Below, piece by piece: positions 1-8,041 of a DNA stretch of 64,000 bases. Within the stretch, counting starts at the first letter, position 1, and the number at the start of each line of letters is the position of its first letter. The notes below the pieces were generated by a model that ran no database searches, was not told the origin of the DNA, and worked only from the letters and a program-made list of their open reading frames with translations. Made by a program: the position numbers and the translations under genes. Source of the DNA: Planctomycetota bacterium (GTDB lineage Bacteria > Planctomycetota > B15-G4). The DNA lies in the NCBI GenBank assembly GCA_038212275.1, contig JBBQUR010000017.1, positions 32,001 to 96,000 of the forward strand, given 5' to 3'.

Positions 1-988
1 ACTCGCGCGCGGCCCAACGCTGCCAGAGAAGGCACGCGGTGTCGCACACCACGTCGGTGCGATCGGTCGGCTCCTCGAGCGTCATCGAGCGAGTCACCGT
101 CTTGAACGCACCGTAGCGGATCTTGAGCGTGACGGTGCGCGCGAGCAGCGCGTGCCGGCGCAGCCGCACGACGACGCGCTCGGCCTGGCCGCGCAGCACA
201 CTGCGCACCACGTCCGGATCTTCGAGGTCGCGCTCGAAGGTCTGCTCCGCTCCGAGGCTGCGCGCTGCGGAATCCGGCGTCACCGGCCGATCGTCCTCGC
301 CGCGCGCAAGGCGCCACAGGTGTTCGCCTTCGGAGCCGAGGCGCGCGATGGCCCGGGCCTCCGTGAGTGTCGCGAGGTCCCCGAACGTGGCCAGGCCAAG
401 CCGGCGCAGGCGCTCCTCCTGCACGGGGCCGACTCCCCACAGCCGGCCGATGGGCAGCGCAGCCACACGCGTGCCGATGTCGGCCGCCGTCAGTACGGTG
501 AGCCCATCGGGCTTCTCCCAGTCGCTGGCGAGCTTGGCGAGAAACTTGTTGGGTGCGATGCCGACCGATGCCGTCAGCCCGGTGACCTCCCGCACGCGCC
601 GCTTGAGTGCGGCGCCGATCTCCCGCGGCGTGCCGAAGAGGCGCTCGGTGCCGGTCACGTCCAGAAAGGCCTCGTCGATCGAGAGCGGCTCGACCAATGG
701 CGTGACTTCTTCGAAGAGCGCGAACACGCGTTCGGAGAGTTCCCGGTAGCGTTCGCCGCGCGGCGGCACGATGACCGCGTGCGGGCAGCGGCGTTTCGCG
801 ACCGCGACGGGCTGAGCCGAATGGCAGCCGAAGACGCGCGCCTCGTAGCTGGCCGCCGCGACGACGCCGCGCGGCCCGTCGTGCCCGACGAGCACCGGAC
901 GGCCGGCGAGGCGCGGGTCATCGAGCTGCTCGACGGACGCGAAGAAGGCGTCCATGTCCACGTGCAGGATCGCCCGCTCGCCGCTCAC
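1..988 (-). CDS. dinB: DNA polymerase IV (Y-family), 3' end runs off the window
   Basis: Not in the ORF track. Manual minus-strand translation from GTG at 988 (GTGA overlap with the upstream stop) gives ILHVDMDAFFASVEQ...GVVAAASYEAR...VEPLSIDEAFLDVTG, the canonical DinB motifs. Confidence 0.93.
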   Translation of the reverse strand, partial: MSGERAILHVDMDAFFASVEQLDDPRLAGRPVLVGHDGPRGVVAAASYEARVFGCHSAQPVAVAKRRCPHAVIVPPRGERYRELSERVFALFEEVTPLVEPLSIDEAFLDVTGTERLFGTPREIGAALKRRVREVTGLTASVGIAPNKFLAKLASDWEKPDGLTVLTAADIGTRVAALPIGRLWGVGPVQEERLRRLGLATFGDLATLTEARAIARLGSEGEHLWRLARGEDDRPVTPDSAARSLGAEQTFERDLEDPDVVRSVLRGQAERVVVRLRRHALLARTVTLKIRYGAFKTVTRSMTLEEPTDRTDVVCDTACLLWQRWAARE

Positions 989-1974
989 GAGGGCAGCAGT
1001 TCGCGTTCGCGCGCGACGCACTCGCGGAACAGCGACGCGAGGCGCCGCGTGAGCGGTCCCGGGGAGTCCGCCGGCCAGGCGCCCTTTCGGCCGTCCGGCC
1101 CGTCTCCGGGCGGAGAGATGCGGCGGCCGTCGATCGCCGCCACGTGAGCCAGCTCACCCATCGTGCCCGTCGTGAAAACTTCGTCCGCGACGTGGAATTC
1201 GGCCAGCGCAACGCGCCGCTCCTCGACGGGAATGTGCGCGGCGCGCGCGAGCTCCAGCACCACGCCGCGCGTGATGCCAGGGAGGCAGTGTTCGCCGAGC
1301 GGCGTGACCAGCGTGCCGCCGGCGACGAGAAACAGGTTGGTCGCGTTGGTCTCCGCCACGAAGCCTTCGACGTCGAGCATGATCGCGTCGTCGGCGCCCA
1401 CCGCGTTGGCCTCCAGCTTGGCGAGGATGTTGTTGAGCAGGTTGGCGTGATGGATGCGGCTGGGCAGGCACTGCGGCGCATGGCGCCTCACCGACGACGT
1501 GACGAGGTGCAACCCGCGCGATCCGTACACGGGCGGCTTCCATTCCGCGAGCACGATGAGGCAGCTGCCTTCGGTATTCCACGCCGGGCTCATGCCGGAA
1601 GTGAGCTTGCGACCGCGCGTCAGCGTGAGCCGGATGTGCGCGCCGTCGCGCATGCCGTTGGCAGCCAGCGTGGCGGCGATCGCGGCGCGGATCTCCGCGG
1701 CCGTCGGCACATGAGCGAAGGACAGCGCACGCGCGGACGCCGAGAGCCGTGCGAGGTGCGCGTCGAGGCGGAAGATCCCGCCGTCGTACACGCGCAGTCC
1801 TTCCCACACGGCATCGCCGCCCTGCACCGAGCTGTCGAAGACGGAGACGGTGGCCTCCGCACGCGGCCGCAGCGCTCCGTCCACCCAGACGAAGATGTCC
1901 GCGTTGCGCGGATCGGGCAGGGCCGTGCGCGGCGGCACGATCGAGTGCGCGTCGGGGCGACCGTCAGAGGGCAT
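985..1974 (-). CDS. Class IV (fold type IV) aminotransferase-like protein, BCAT/DAAT family
   Basis: Motifs VSVFDSSVQGGDAVWEGLR, HLARL, NNILAK, GFVAETNATNLF, LPGITR, ADEVFTTGT. The expected Schiff-base Lys position appears to be His (see findings). Confidence 0.88.
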   Translation of the reverse strand: MPSDGRPDAHSIVPPRTALPDPRNADIFVWVDGALRPRAEATVSVFDSSVQGGDAVWEGLRVYDGGIFRLDAHLARLSASARALSFAHVPTAAEIRAAIAATLAANGMRDGAHIRLTLTRGRKLTSGMSPAWNTEGSCLIVLAEWKPPVYGSRGLHLVTSSVRRHAPQCLPSRIHHANLLNNILAKLEANAVGADDAIMLDVEGFVAETNATNLFLVAGGTLVTPLGEHCLPGITRGVVLELARAAHIPVEERRVALAEFHVADEVFTTGTMGELAHVAAIDGRRISPPGDGPDGRKGAWPADSPGPLTRRLASLFRECVARERELLPS

Positions 1975-2692
1975 GCGCCGACAACTCCTCGTAATGGGTG
2001 CGACAGGTGGCGAGCAGCGGCAGCAGCGCGGGGCGCAGGCGGCTCTCCGCGGGCCGGGCCGGAGCCACCCACGGCGAGAACCCCGTGGATCGGTGCACCG
2101 CGGCGTACCAGTGCGGCGCCCAGCAGCCGTCTTCCGGACGCGGCCCCGCTTCCCACGACAGCATCGAGTCCTCGAAGGGGAGGCCGAGCCGCGCGCAGAG
2201 CTTCGACAGCACGGCCTGCGGATCCTGCAGCAGGCGCCGGCTGTCGAGCACCGGCGGGTCCTGCCCCAGGGCGACCAGCCGCGCGAACAGCTGAGACTGC
2301 GCGGCGAGTCCCGTGTCGCGCAGCGTCGGAGTCTCCAGCACCGACGACAGCGAGGCCAGCATGTCGGCCGGTTCGCGCACGAGGAACACGTGGGCCGTGT
2401 GTGCGAGGAATACCCCGTCGAGTTCCACGAAGTGGTGCGCCATCTGCTTGCAGAACAGGACGGGCCGCGAGCAGGGGCCGAGGATCACGTCGCGGACGAC
2501 CCGCTCGCCATCCGGGTCCTGCGACGAGAGCACGGCCTCGCGCCCCGGATGCTCGGCGCCCGACACGCGCAGGTAGTGCGCGTACAGCGGCTCGTCCACC
2601 ACGGTGGTGTCCGAGCGCTGGGCAAACGAGTACATGAGCGCCGTCGAAACGTTGCGCGGTCCGGACCAGAGGGAAATGCGCAGCTTGGCCAT
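1964..2692 (-). CDS. Sulfotransferase-like P-loop domain protein (type found next to or fused with class IV aminotransferases)
   Basis: LWSGPRNVSTALMYSFAQR, DEPLYAHYL, KQMAHH, WAPHWYAAVHRSTGF; overlaps the aminotransferase start. Confidence 0.8.
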   Translation of the reverse strand: MAKLRISLWSGPRNVSTALMYSFAQRSDTTVVDEPLYAHYLRVSGAEHPGREAVLSSQDPDGERVVRDVILGPCSRPVLFCKQMAHHFVELDGVFLAHTAHVFLVREPADMLASLSSVLETPTLRDTGLAAQSQLFARLVALGQDPPVLDSRRLLQDPQAVLSKLCARLGLPFEDSMLSWEAGPRPEDGCWAPHWYAAVHRSTGFSPWVAPARPAESRLRPALLPLLATCRTHYEELSAHAL

Positions 2693-2768
2693 GATGCGTT
2701 CGACAGTGTAACCAGTCGCGCGCGGCCTCGGACGCCGGCGTGCGGCCGGCCTGTCGGCCTCCAGGCCT

Positions 2769-3125
2769 TCAGGTCGCGGGGCTGCTCTCGTGTTTCTGCG
2801 TGGCGTAGCCGACGATCATGCCCATGAGCGAACCGGGCAGCATGATCTCCCAGAAGTAAACCTGCCCGTTCTCGTTCGGCATGAGCGCGATGGGCGCCGC
2901 CAGCGCGGCGCCGATGGCAAGCCCCGCCACGAGCCCCAGCGGCAGCGAGCGGAACCTGCGCGCGAAGAAGCCCGTGGCCAGACCCGCCACCAGCCCCTTG
3001 AACGTGGAGCCGACGACGATCGTCGCGATCTGGTCCTTGACCTCGGGCGCCGAGAGCAGCGCACTGAGGCCATCGAAAATTCCGAGGACGCCTCCGAGCA
3101 GCAATCCGAACACGGGCTTGTTCAT
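2769..3125 (-). CDS. Small hypothetical membrane protein (~4 TM)
   Basis: MNKPVFGLLLGGVLG... with four Gly-rich hydrophobic segments; start placed at ATG 3125, with GGAG upstream. Confidence 0.7.
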   Translation of the reverse strand: MNKPVFGLLLGGVLGIFDGLSALLSAPEVKDQIATIVVGSTFKGLVAGLATGFFARRFRSLPLGLVAGLAIGAALAAPIALMPNENGQVYFWEIMLPGSLMGMIVGYATQKHESSPAT

Positions 3126-3237
3126 GCGGGTTCTCCATTCTCCGGGGAAACGCCAGCGTCGAAGCTGGTCGTGGATGCGCGGCGGAGGCCGTCCTTCGGC
3201 TCCGCCGGGATCCTGTTCAACATCCGCGAGCGATCCT

Positions 3238-4320
3238 TCACCGAACCGGGAAGAAAAGAAGCGCCGCCCGGACGGCGAGGTATGCGAGCACCAGCAGCAG
3301 GGCCGTGCGGTGGCGACGCGCCAGTCGCAGAGCCCGCTCCCACGTCGCCTCGCGATAGGCCGACACCTGGCGGCCCGACAGGAAGTTGCGGAGATCGGCG
3401 CCCATCTCGCGGGCATCGGCGTAGCGCGACGCCTGCTCCGAAGCGAGCGCTTTGCGGCAGATGGCCGCGAGCGGCCGCGGCACCCCGGTGGCGCGCCAGG
3501 CCTCGGCGGAGGCGGGCACGGATCCCGTCAGCATCACGACCAGAAGCGCGCCCAGCGCATGGACGTCCGTGCGGCAGTCCATGCGATCGATCGCGCCGAC
3601 GGCCTGTTCGGGCGCCATGAAGCCCGGCGTTCCCAGCACGGTGCCGTGATCGGTGAGCGTGTCGTCATCCTCGGTGACGGCCCGAGCGAAGTCCCCTGCG
3701 CCGACGCGTGCGGTGTGCGTCGCCGCCGGCCACGTCACGGGACTTCCCGGAACCCCGGCAGAGTCGACAGCCTCGGCAGCGTCGTCGTGTTCGGCGGTAC
3801 GCGTGAGGCGCTTGGCCACGCCCCAATCCAGCACGAGCACCTCGCCGAATGCGCCCACCATGACGTTCGCGGGCTTCAGGTCGCGATGGATCACGCCGTG
3901 AGCATGGGCGAAGGCGAGCGTGTCGCAGAGTCTCTCCATGAGCGCGAGGCGTTCGCGCAACGGCGGCATCGTGCGCAGATGGTCGTCGAGCCGGCGGCCA
4001 CGCACGAGTTTCATCACGTAGTAAACACGCCCGTCTGGCAATTTCCCCACGTCGTAGACGGGCACGATGCCCGGGTGCTCCAGCCGCGCGATGATGCGTG
4101 CCTCGCGCACGAGCCGTTCGGCCAGGTCGGGAGCGAGCACCGCGTCATCGAGCAGCTTGAGCGCCACCTCGCGCCGAAGCTCCGTGTCCAGGACGCGATA
4201 GACGCGCGCCATGCCCCCGCGTCCCGCCAGGCCGAGCAGCTCATAGCGCGTGCCGCTCAGATCCGGCTCCGCGAGCAGGTCCCGGAGATGGTGCAGCGTG
4301 CGATCGGGCAGGAACGTCAT
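3238..4320 (-). CDS. Hanks-type Ser/Thr protein kinase with C-terminal TM segment
   Basis: GRGGMARVY, VALK, HRDLKPANVM, DWG, GTPGFMAPEQ; ATG at 4320 overlaps the sigma factor stop (ATGA). Confidence 0.92.
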   Translation of the reverse strand: MTFLPDRTLHHLRDLLAEPDLSGTRYELLGLAGRGGMARVYRVLDTELRREVALKLLDDAVLAPDLAERLVREARIIARLEHPGIVPVYDVGKLPDGRVYYVMKLVRGRRLDDHLRTMPPLRERLALMERLCDTLAFAHAHGVIHRDLKPANVMVGAFGEVLVLDWGVAKRLTRTAEHDDAAEAVDSAGVPGSPVTWPAATHTARVGAGDFARAVTEDDDTLTDHGTVLGTPGFMAPEQAVGAIDRMDCRTDVHALGALLVVMLTGSVPASAEAWRATGVPRPLAAICRKALASEQASRYADAREMGADLRNFLSGRQVSAYREATWERALRLARRHRTALLLVLAYLAVRAALLFFPVR

Positions 4321-5093
4321 GTCGGCACGATGCCGAGCAGTTGCCTGGCCTCGTCGCGGAACTCCTCGTCGCTGCCGGTGATGTCGCGCAGCACGGCCAG
4401 CACCTGCACGCGAAACTCGCGTCGCGCCCAGCCGAGCTGGTGCGTGACCTGGGTGACGGGCTGGCCCGCCTCGACCGCCAGTTCCGCGTAGCTTGGCACC
4501 GCAGCGCCGTCCTCGACGAGGTCGTGTCGGAGGAAGAGAGTCAGGCTCGCGTCGCGCCCCGCTTCGCCGCAGCGTCGGCGCAAGCGCTCCAGCGCAAGCT
4601 CGAACAGGCTGCGGGTCCACTCGCGGTCGAAGACATCGCCAGGCGCTGTCCCGGCTGCCGGTTCGACGCCGGCACCGCCGGCGCGCGTGAGTTCGTCCTC
4701 CGCCGCGGCGAAGTCCAGCGACAACAACGCGAGGCCACCTCCGCGCTTCTGGCGCCCCGCTGCCTTGCGCTCGTTGCTCACGAAGCCGTCGAGGCACAGG
4801 CGCAGCCAGGTGCGGAAGCGCGCCCTGGCGGGATCGAAGGCCTGCAGCACGTCGCGCGCCAGCGCATGCGCGAAGAAGCCCTGCACCAGATCCTGAGCTT
4901 CCTCATGGTCCGCATGCCAGGTCAAGCGCACGTGCTTGTAGGCCGGCTTCCAGTAGCTCTCGATGAGTGCGCCCAGCGCCCGCTGTCGCTCTCCCGCGTC
5001 GAGGCTGCGGCTCCTGCCGATCGCCGAATGCCGCGTGGGCGGAAACGGGCCGCCGGCACCGTGGAGGCCGTCCGTGTCGATCGTTCCGCTCAT
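4317..5093 (-). CDS. ECF-type sigma-70 factor, kinase-associated type
   Basis: FPPTRHS...ALGALIESYWKPAY...AQDLVQGFF...RFRTWL...KRGG...FDREW...SYAELA; typical of ECF sigmas encoded next to Ser/Thr kinases. Confidence 0.85.
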   Translation of the reverse strand: MSGTIDTDGLHGAGGPFPPTRHSAIGRSRSLDAGERQRALGALIESYWKPAYKHVRLTWHADHEEAQDLVQGFFAHALARDVLQAFDPARARFRTWLRLCLDGFVSNERKAAGRQKRGGGLALLSLDFAAAEDELTRAGGAGVEPAAGTAPGDVFDREWTRSLFELALERLRRRCGEAGRDASLTLFLRHDLVEDGAAVPSYAELAVEAGQPVTQVTHQLGWARREFRVQVLAVLRDITGSDEEFRDEARQLLGIVPT

Positions 5094-5182
5094 GCGCCCG
5101 CCCTGCAGGGTGCCGCGGCGCGACGGAGCCGCGTGCACGGTCGCCAGAGACTAGCGGACGGCCGGTGGCCGTGCGACGAAGC

Positions 5183-6865
5183 TCAGGGCGTGACCACCTG
5201 GAGCGCGTTGCTCGCGGACATGCCGGACTCGACGCCGGGATCCTGGCTCCACCATTGCATCGTGAGCGTGAGGCCTCCCGGCACTCCGGCGGGCCAGACG
5301 CCTGCGATGCTCAGCTTGCCGGCCGCGTCGGTCGGGATCGCCATCGAGATGAAATCGGGACGCGGCACCATCGTCGCCCCCTTGAAGGGTGCATTGATCA
5401 CGGCCAGGCCGACAACCAGTGCCGAAGGTGCGAACGGTGCGGCGCCGGCGAGCGAGAGCGAGTAAGGCTGCTCCGGATGCAGGTTTCCCTTCGCGGTGAA
5501 GAACTCGCTGCCCTGGTCCCCGGGCCCGCCGGACGCGGGGAGGCCGAGGTTGAGCCACACCGTCGCCGAGTACACGCGCGCCTCGCCGGTTCCGAGGCCG
5601 TTGACCGTGTTCGCGAAGGGCAGGCCGACGATGATGTCGTCATTCCCGTCGCCGTCCACATCGTGGCCGCCGCCGACGGCGTAGCCGAGCTGTTCGTTCG
5701 GGCCGCCGTGATAGGTGTAGAGCGCCTCGCCGGTGGCCCCGCTGAAGACGGTCGCTCCGCCGCAGTTGCTGCCGTCGCAATGATCGTGCGGTGCGCCGAC
5801 GATCAACTCGGGTCGGCCATCGCCGTTCATGTCACCCGCCCCGAAGACCGCCGTCCCGAACAGATCGCCCGCGGCCACGCCGTGGAACTCGCGCAGCAGC
5901 GTTCCGTCGGCTCCCGAGAAGAGGTAGGCGCCGCCGGAGTTCACGGCGCCGACGTCATCGAGCCTCGCGCCCACCGCGATGTCGTCCGTGCCGTCGCCAT
6001 TCACGTCGCCGGCGGCCGCGACCGAGGAGCCGAAGTCGTCCTCGTTCCCCGCACCGTGCCAGGTGAAGAGCGTCTGGCCGTCGGCGCCCGAGACCAGCCT
6101 CACGCTGCCGACCGTGATACCCGCCAAGGTGTCGCCGGGGCATCCCACCAGCAGGTCGGCGTGACCGTCGTGATTCACGTCGCCCGCACCGGCCACGGAG
6201 GCGCCGCAGCGGTCGTAGGCGGAGTCGCCGGTGATCAGGAAGAGCGTCATGCCCGTGGCCCCCGAGACGACGCGCGCGCTGCCCGAACTCAGGCCGTGCG
6301 GGTCGTCCGACGGCGCGCCGATGATGAGGTCATCGTGCCCGTCTCCGTCGACGTCGCCGGCACCGGCCACCGCGCTGCCGAAGTAGTCATAGGCGGAATC
6401 GCCCGACAGCGCGAAAAGCACGGCGCCCGTCGCGCCGGAGAACAGGGTCGCCGTCCCGCTGCCCTGCCCCATCACGTCGGCCTGCGGAGCTCCGACGACG
6501 AAATCCGGGAAGCCGTCGGCATCCGCATCGCCTGCTCCCGCCACCGCACGGCCGAAGTCGTCGCCGAGGCTCGTGCCCGAGATCGTCTTCATCGTGGCGC
6601 CCGTTCGGCCCGAGATGAGCAACACCGCTCCCGTCGGCCCCACGAAGATCGTCTGGAAGGCCGGTGCGCCCACGATCACATCGGCATATCCGTCGGCGTC
6701 GACGTCGCCCACGAAGGCCGTCGACGTCCCCCGGCCTTCGTCGACGGCGAGGCCCACCGAATCGATCAGGACAGCCTGTGCGCTCAACCGCGAGGCGCAC
6801 ACCAGCACGAGGCTGAGGCCGAGGCTGAGGCTGAGGTCATGGAAAGGCCGGGTCACGAAGTGCAT
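5183..6865 (-). CDS. Secreted FG-GAP (integrin-alpha-like) repeat protein with shared C-terminal PFKG domain
   Basis: Signal-like N-terminus; about 7 repeats of FG.AVAGAGD..GDG..D.IVGAP; C-terminus ...PFKGATMVP...SNALQVVTP. Confidence 0.88.
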   Translation of the reverse strand: MHFVTRPFHDLSLSLGLSLVLVCASRLSAQAVLIDSVGLAVDEGRGTSTAFVGDVDADGYADVIVGAPAFQTIFVGPTGAVLLISGRTGATMKTISGTSLGDDFGRAVAGAGDADADGFPDFVVGAPQADVMGQGSGTATLFSGATGAVLFALSGDSAYDYFGSAVAGAGDVDGDGHDDLIIGAPSDDPHGLSSGSARVVSGATGMTLFLITGDSAYDRCGASVAGAGDVNHDGHADLLVGCPGDTLAGITVGSVRLVSGADGQTLFTWHGAGNEDDFGSSVAAAGDVNGDGTDDIAVGARLDDVGAVNSGGAYLFSGADGTLLREFHGVAAGDLFGTAVFGAGDMNGDGRPELIVGAPHDHCDGSNCGGATVFSGATGEALYTYHGGPNEQLGYAVGGGHDVDGDGNDDIIVGLPFANTVNGLGTGEARVYSATVWLNLGLPASGGPGDQGSEFFTAKGNLHPEQPYSLSLAGAAPFAPSALVVGLAVINAPFKGATMVPRPDFISMAIPTDAAGKLSIAGVWPAGVPGGLTLTMQWWSQDPGVESGMSASNALQVVTP

Positions 6866-7205
6866 GTGTCTCCCTCCGGCGAGGGCCGTTGCCCGCGCCA
6901 CACGTCTCGGCGGTTTCTTGCGAAAGACGCGCGCCCGCTTTCACGACGCGTCCTGACGGACTCCGGGAACGGCCTCGATGCTGCACCGAACGGACGCGCG
7001 GGGAGTGACTCGCCGGTGACCAGTGACCAACGAGAGCGTGTCCGGGTTTCGCAACGTCGCAGGTAGAAGCCGGGCTCGTCGGAGTGACCGAAGCGCGGTG
7101 ATTCGAGTGCGACTCATGCAGCGGGGCTGCGGCACCATCCCGATCCGTGTGCCGCACGAAACACGGGATGTCGCGCACCCGCATCTCCGTCAGGCCAGGT
7201 GCTGC

Positions 7206-7266
7206 GCCAGACTTTCGTCAATCCTCCTGCGCCGAATCTCAAGAGGACATCAAGAAAAAGTCTGGC
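7206..7266. other. Intergenic inverted repeat / hairpin (10-bp perfect arms)
   Basis: gccagacttt (7206-7215) and aaagtctggc (7257-7266), with inner tcctc/gagga pairing, in the divergent intergenic region. Confidence 0.5.
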
Positions 7267-7310
7267 ACCGATGAAGCGCAGATGGCCGGTGTCTCGGCTC
7301 CCGCTTCGTG

Positions 7311-7354
7311 GGGAATCGCCGCGAATCGTCGCGAACCGTCGCGAACCGTCGCGA
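7311..7354. repeat. Short 10-bp tandem repeat (gcgaaccgtc-like, ~4 copies)
   Basis: gggaatcgcc gcgaatcgtc gcgaaccgtc gcgaaccgtc gcga, read directly. Confidence 0.75.
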
Positions 7355-7469
7355 CGCGACTTCGCCGAGGCCACTTGCGACTCTGCAATTGCAATGGCCC
7401 GGAGTCCGGTGCAGAGTGCTCCTGCATGAGCATTCGCTGCACGCGCGGCCCGCGCCGGATACCGCCCGC

Positions 7470-7868
7470 ATGAACTTCGTCCAGGCGGCTGTCGTGCCCT
7501 ATCGCCGCCGCGCGGGGGCCATCCAGTTCGCGCTCATCACGACACCGGACCGTCGCCGCTGGATTCTCCCGAAAGGCTGGATCGACGACGGCGAGACGCC
7601 GGCCGAGTCCGCCGTGCGCGAGGCAGGGGAAGAAGCCGGGCTGCTCGGCGTGGTCATGGGCGAAGCGCTCGGGCATTACTGCTACAGCAAGGCGAAGGAG
7701 TCGCGCTCCGTGGCCGTCTTCATCATGCGCGTCACGCGTGAACTGGAGCGCTGGCCCGAAGACCATCGCCGGCGGCGCTGGCTGCACCTCGAGGACGCGC
7801 TCGACCACATGGAGCACGACGAGCTGCGGCGCATGCTGCGCCGGGCCGCGCGCCGCCTCGACGCCTGA
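7470..7868 (+). CDS. NUDIX hydrolase
   Basis: WILPKGWIDDGETPAESAVREAGEEAG Nudix box; WPE...RRRRW C-terminal motif. Confidence 0.9.
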   Translation: MNFVQAAVVPYRRRAGAIQFALITTPDRRRWILPKGWIDDGETPAESAVREAGEEAGLLGVVMGEALGHYCYSKAKESRSVAVFIMRVTRELERWPEDHRRRRWLHLEDALDHMEHDELRRMLRRAARRLDA

Positions 7869-8041
7869 GCCGGCCCGCGCCCTCCCGGCTTGCGCCGCAC
7901 CATGCGCCTCCCCAGAATGCCGGAGTCGCGCTGCGCCCGGCGCCTTCGGCCCGGCCTCTGCGCACCGACGCCTTCCCGGAGATTCCCATCCGCAAGCCGA
8001 GGTCGTCCGCCGCCGGAAGGATTTTCCGATTCGCGCCAGGC

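Noticed and set aside
7311..7354. Possible CRISPR array
   Set aside because: 10-bp units with no spacers, and no cas genes in the window.
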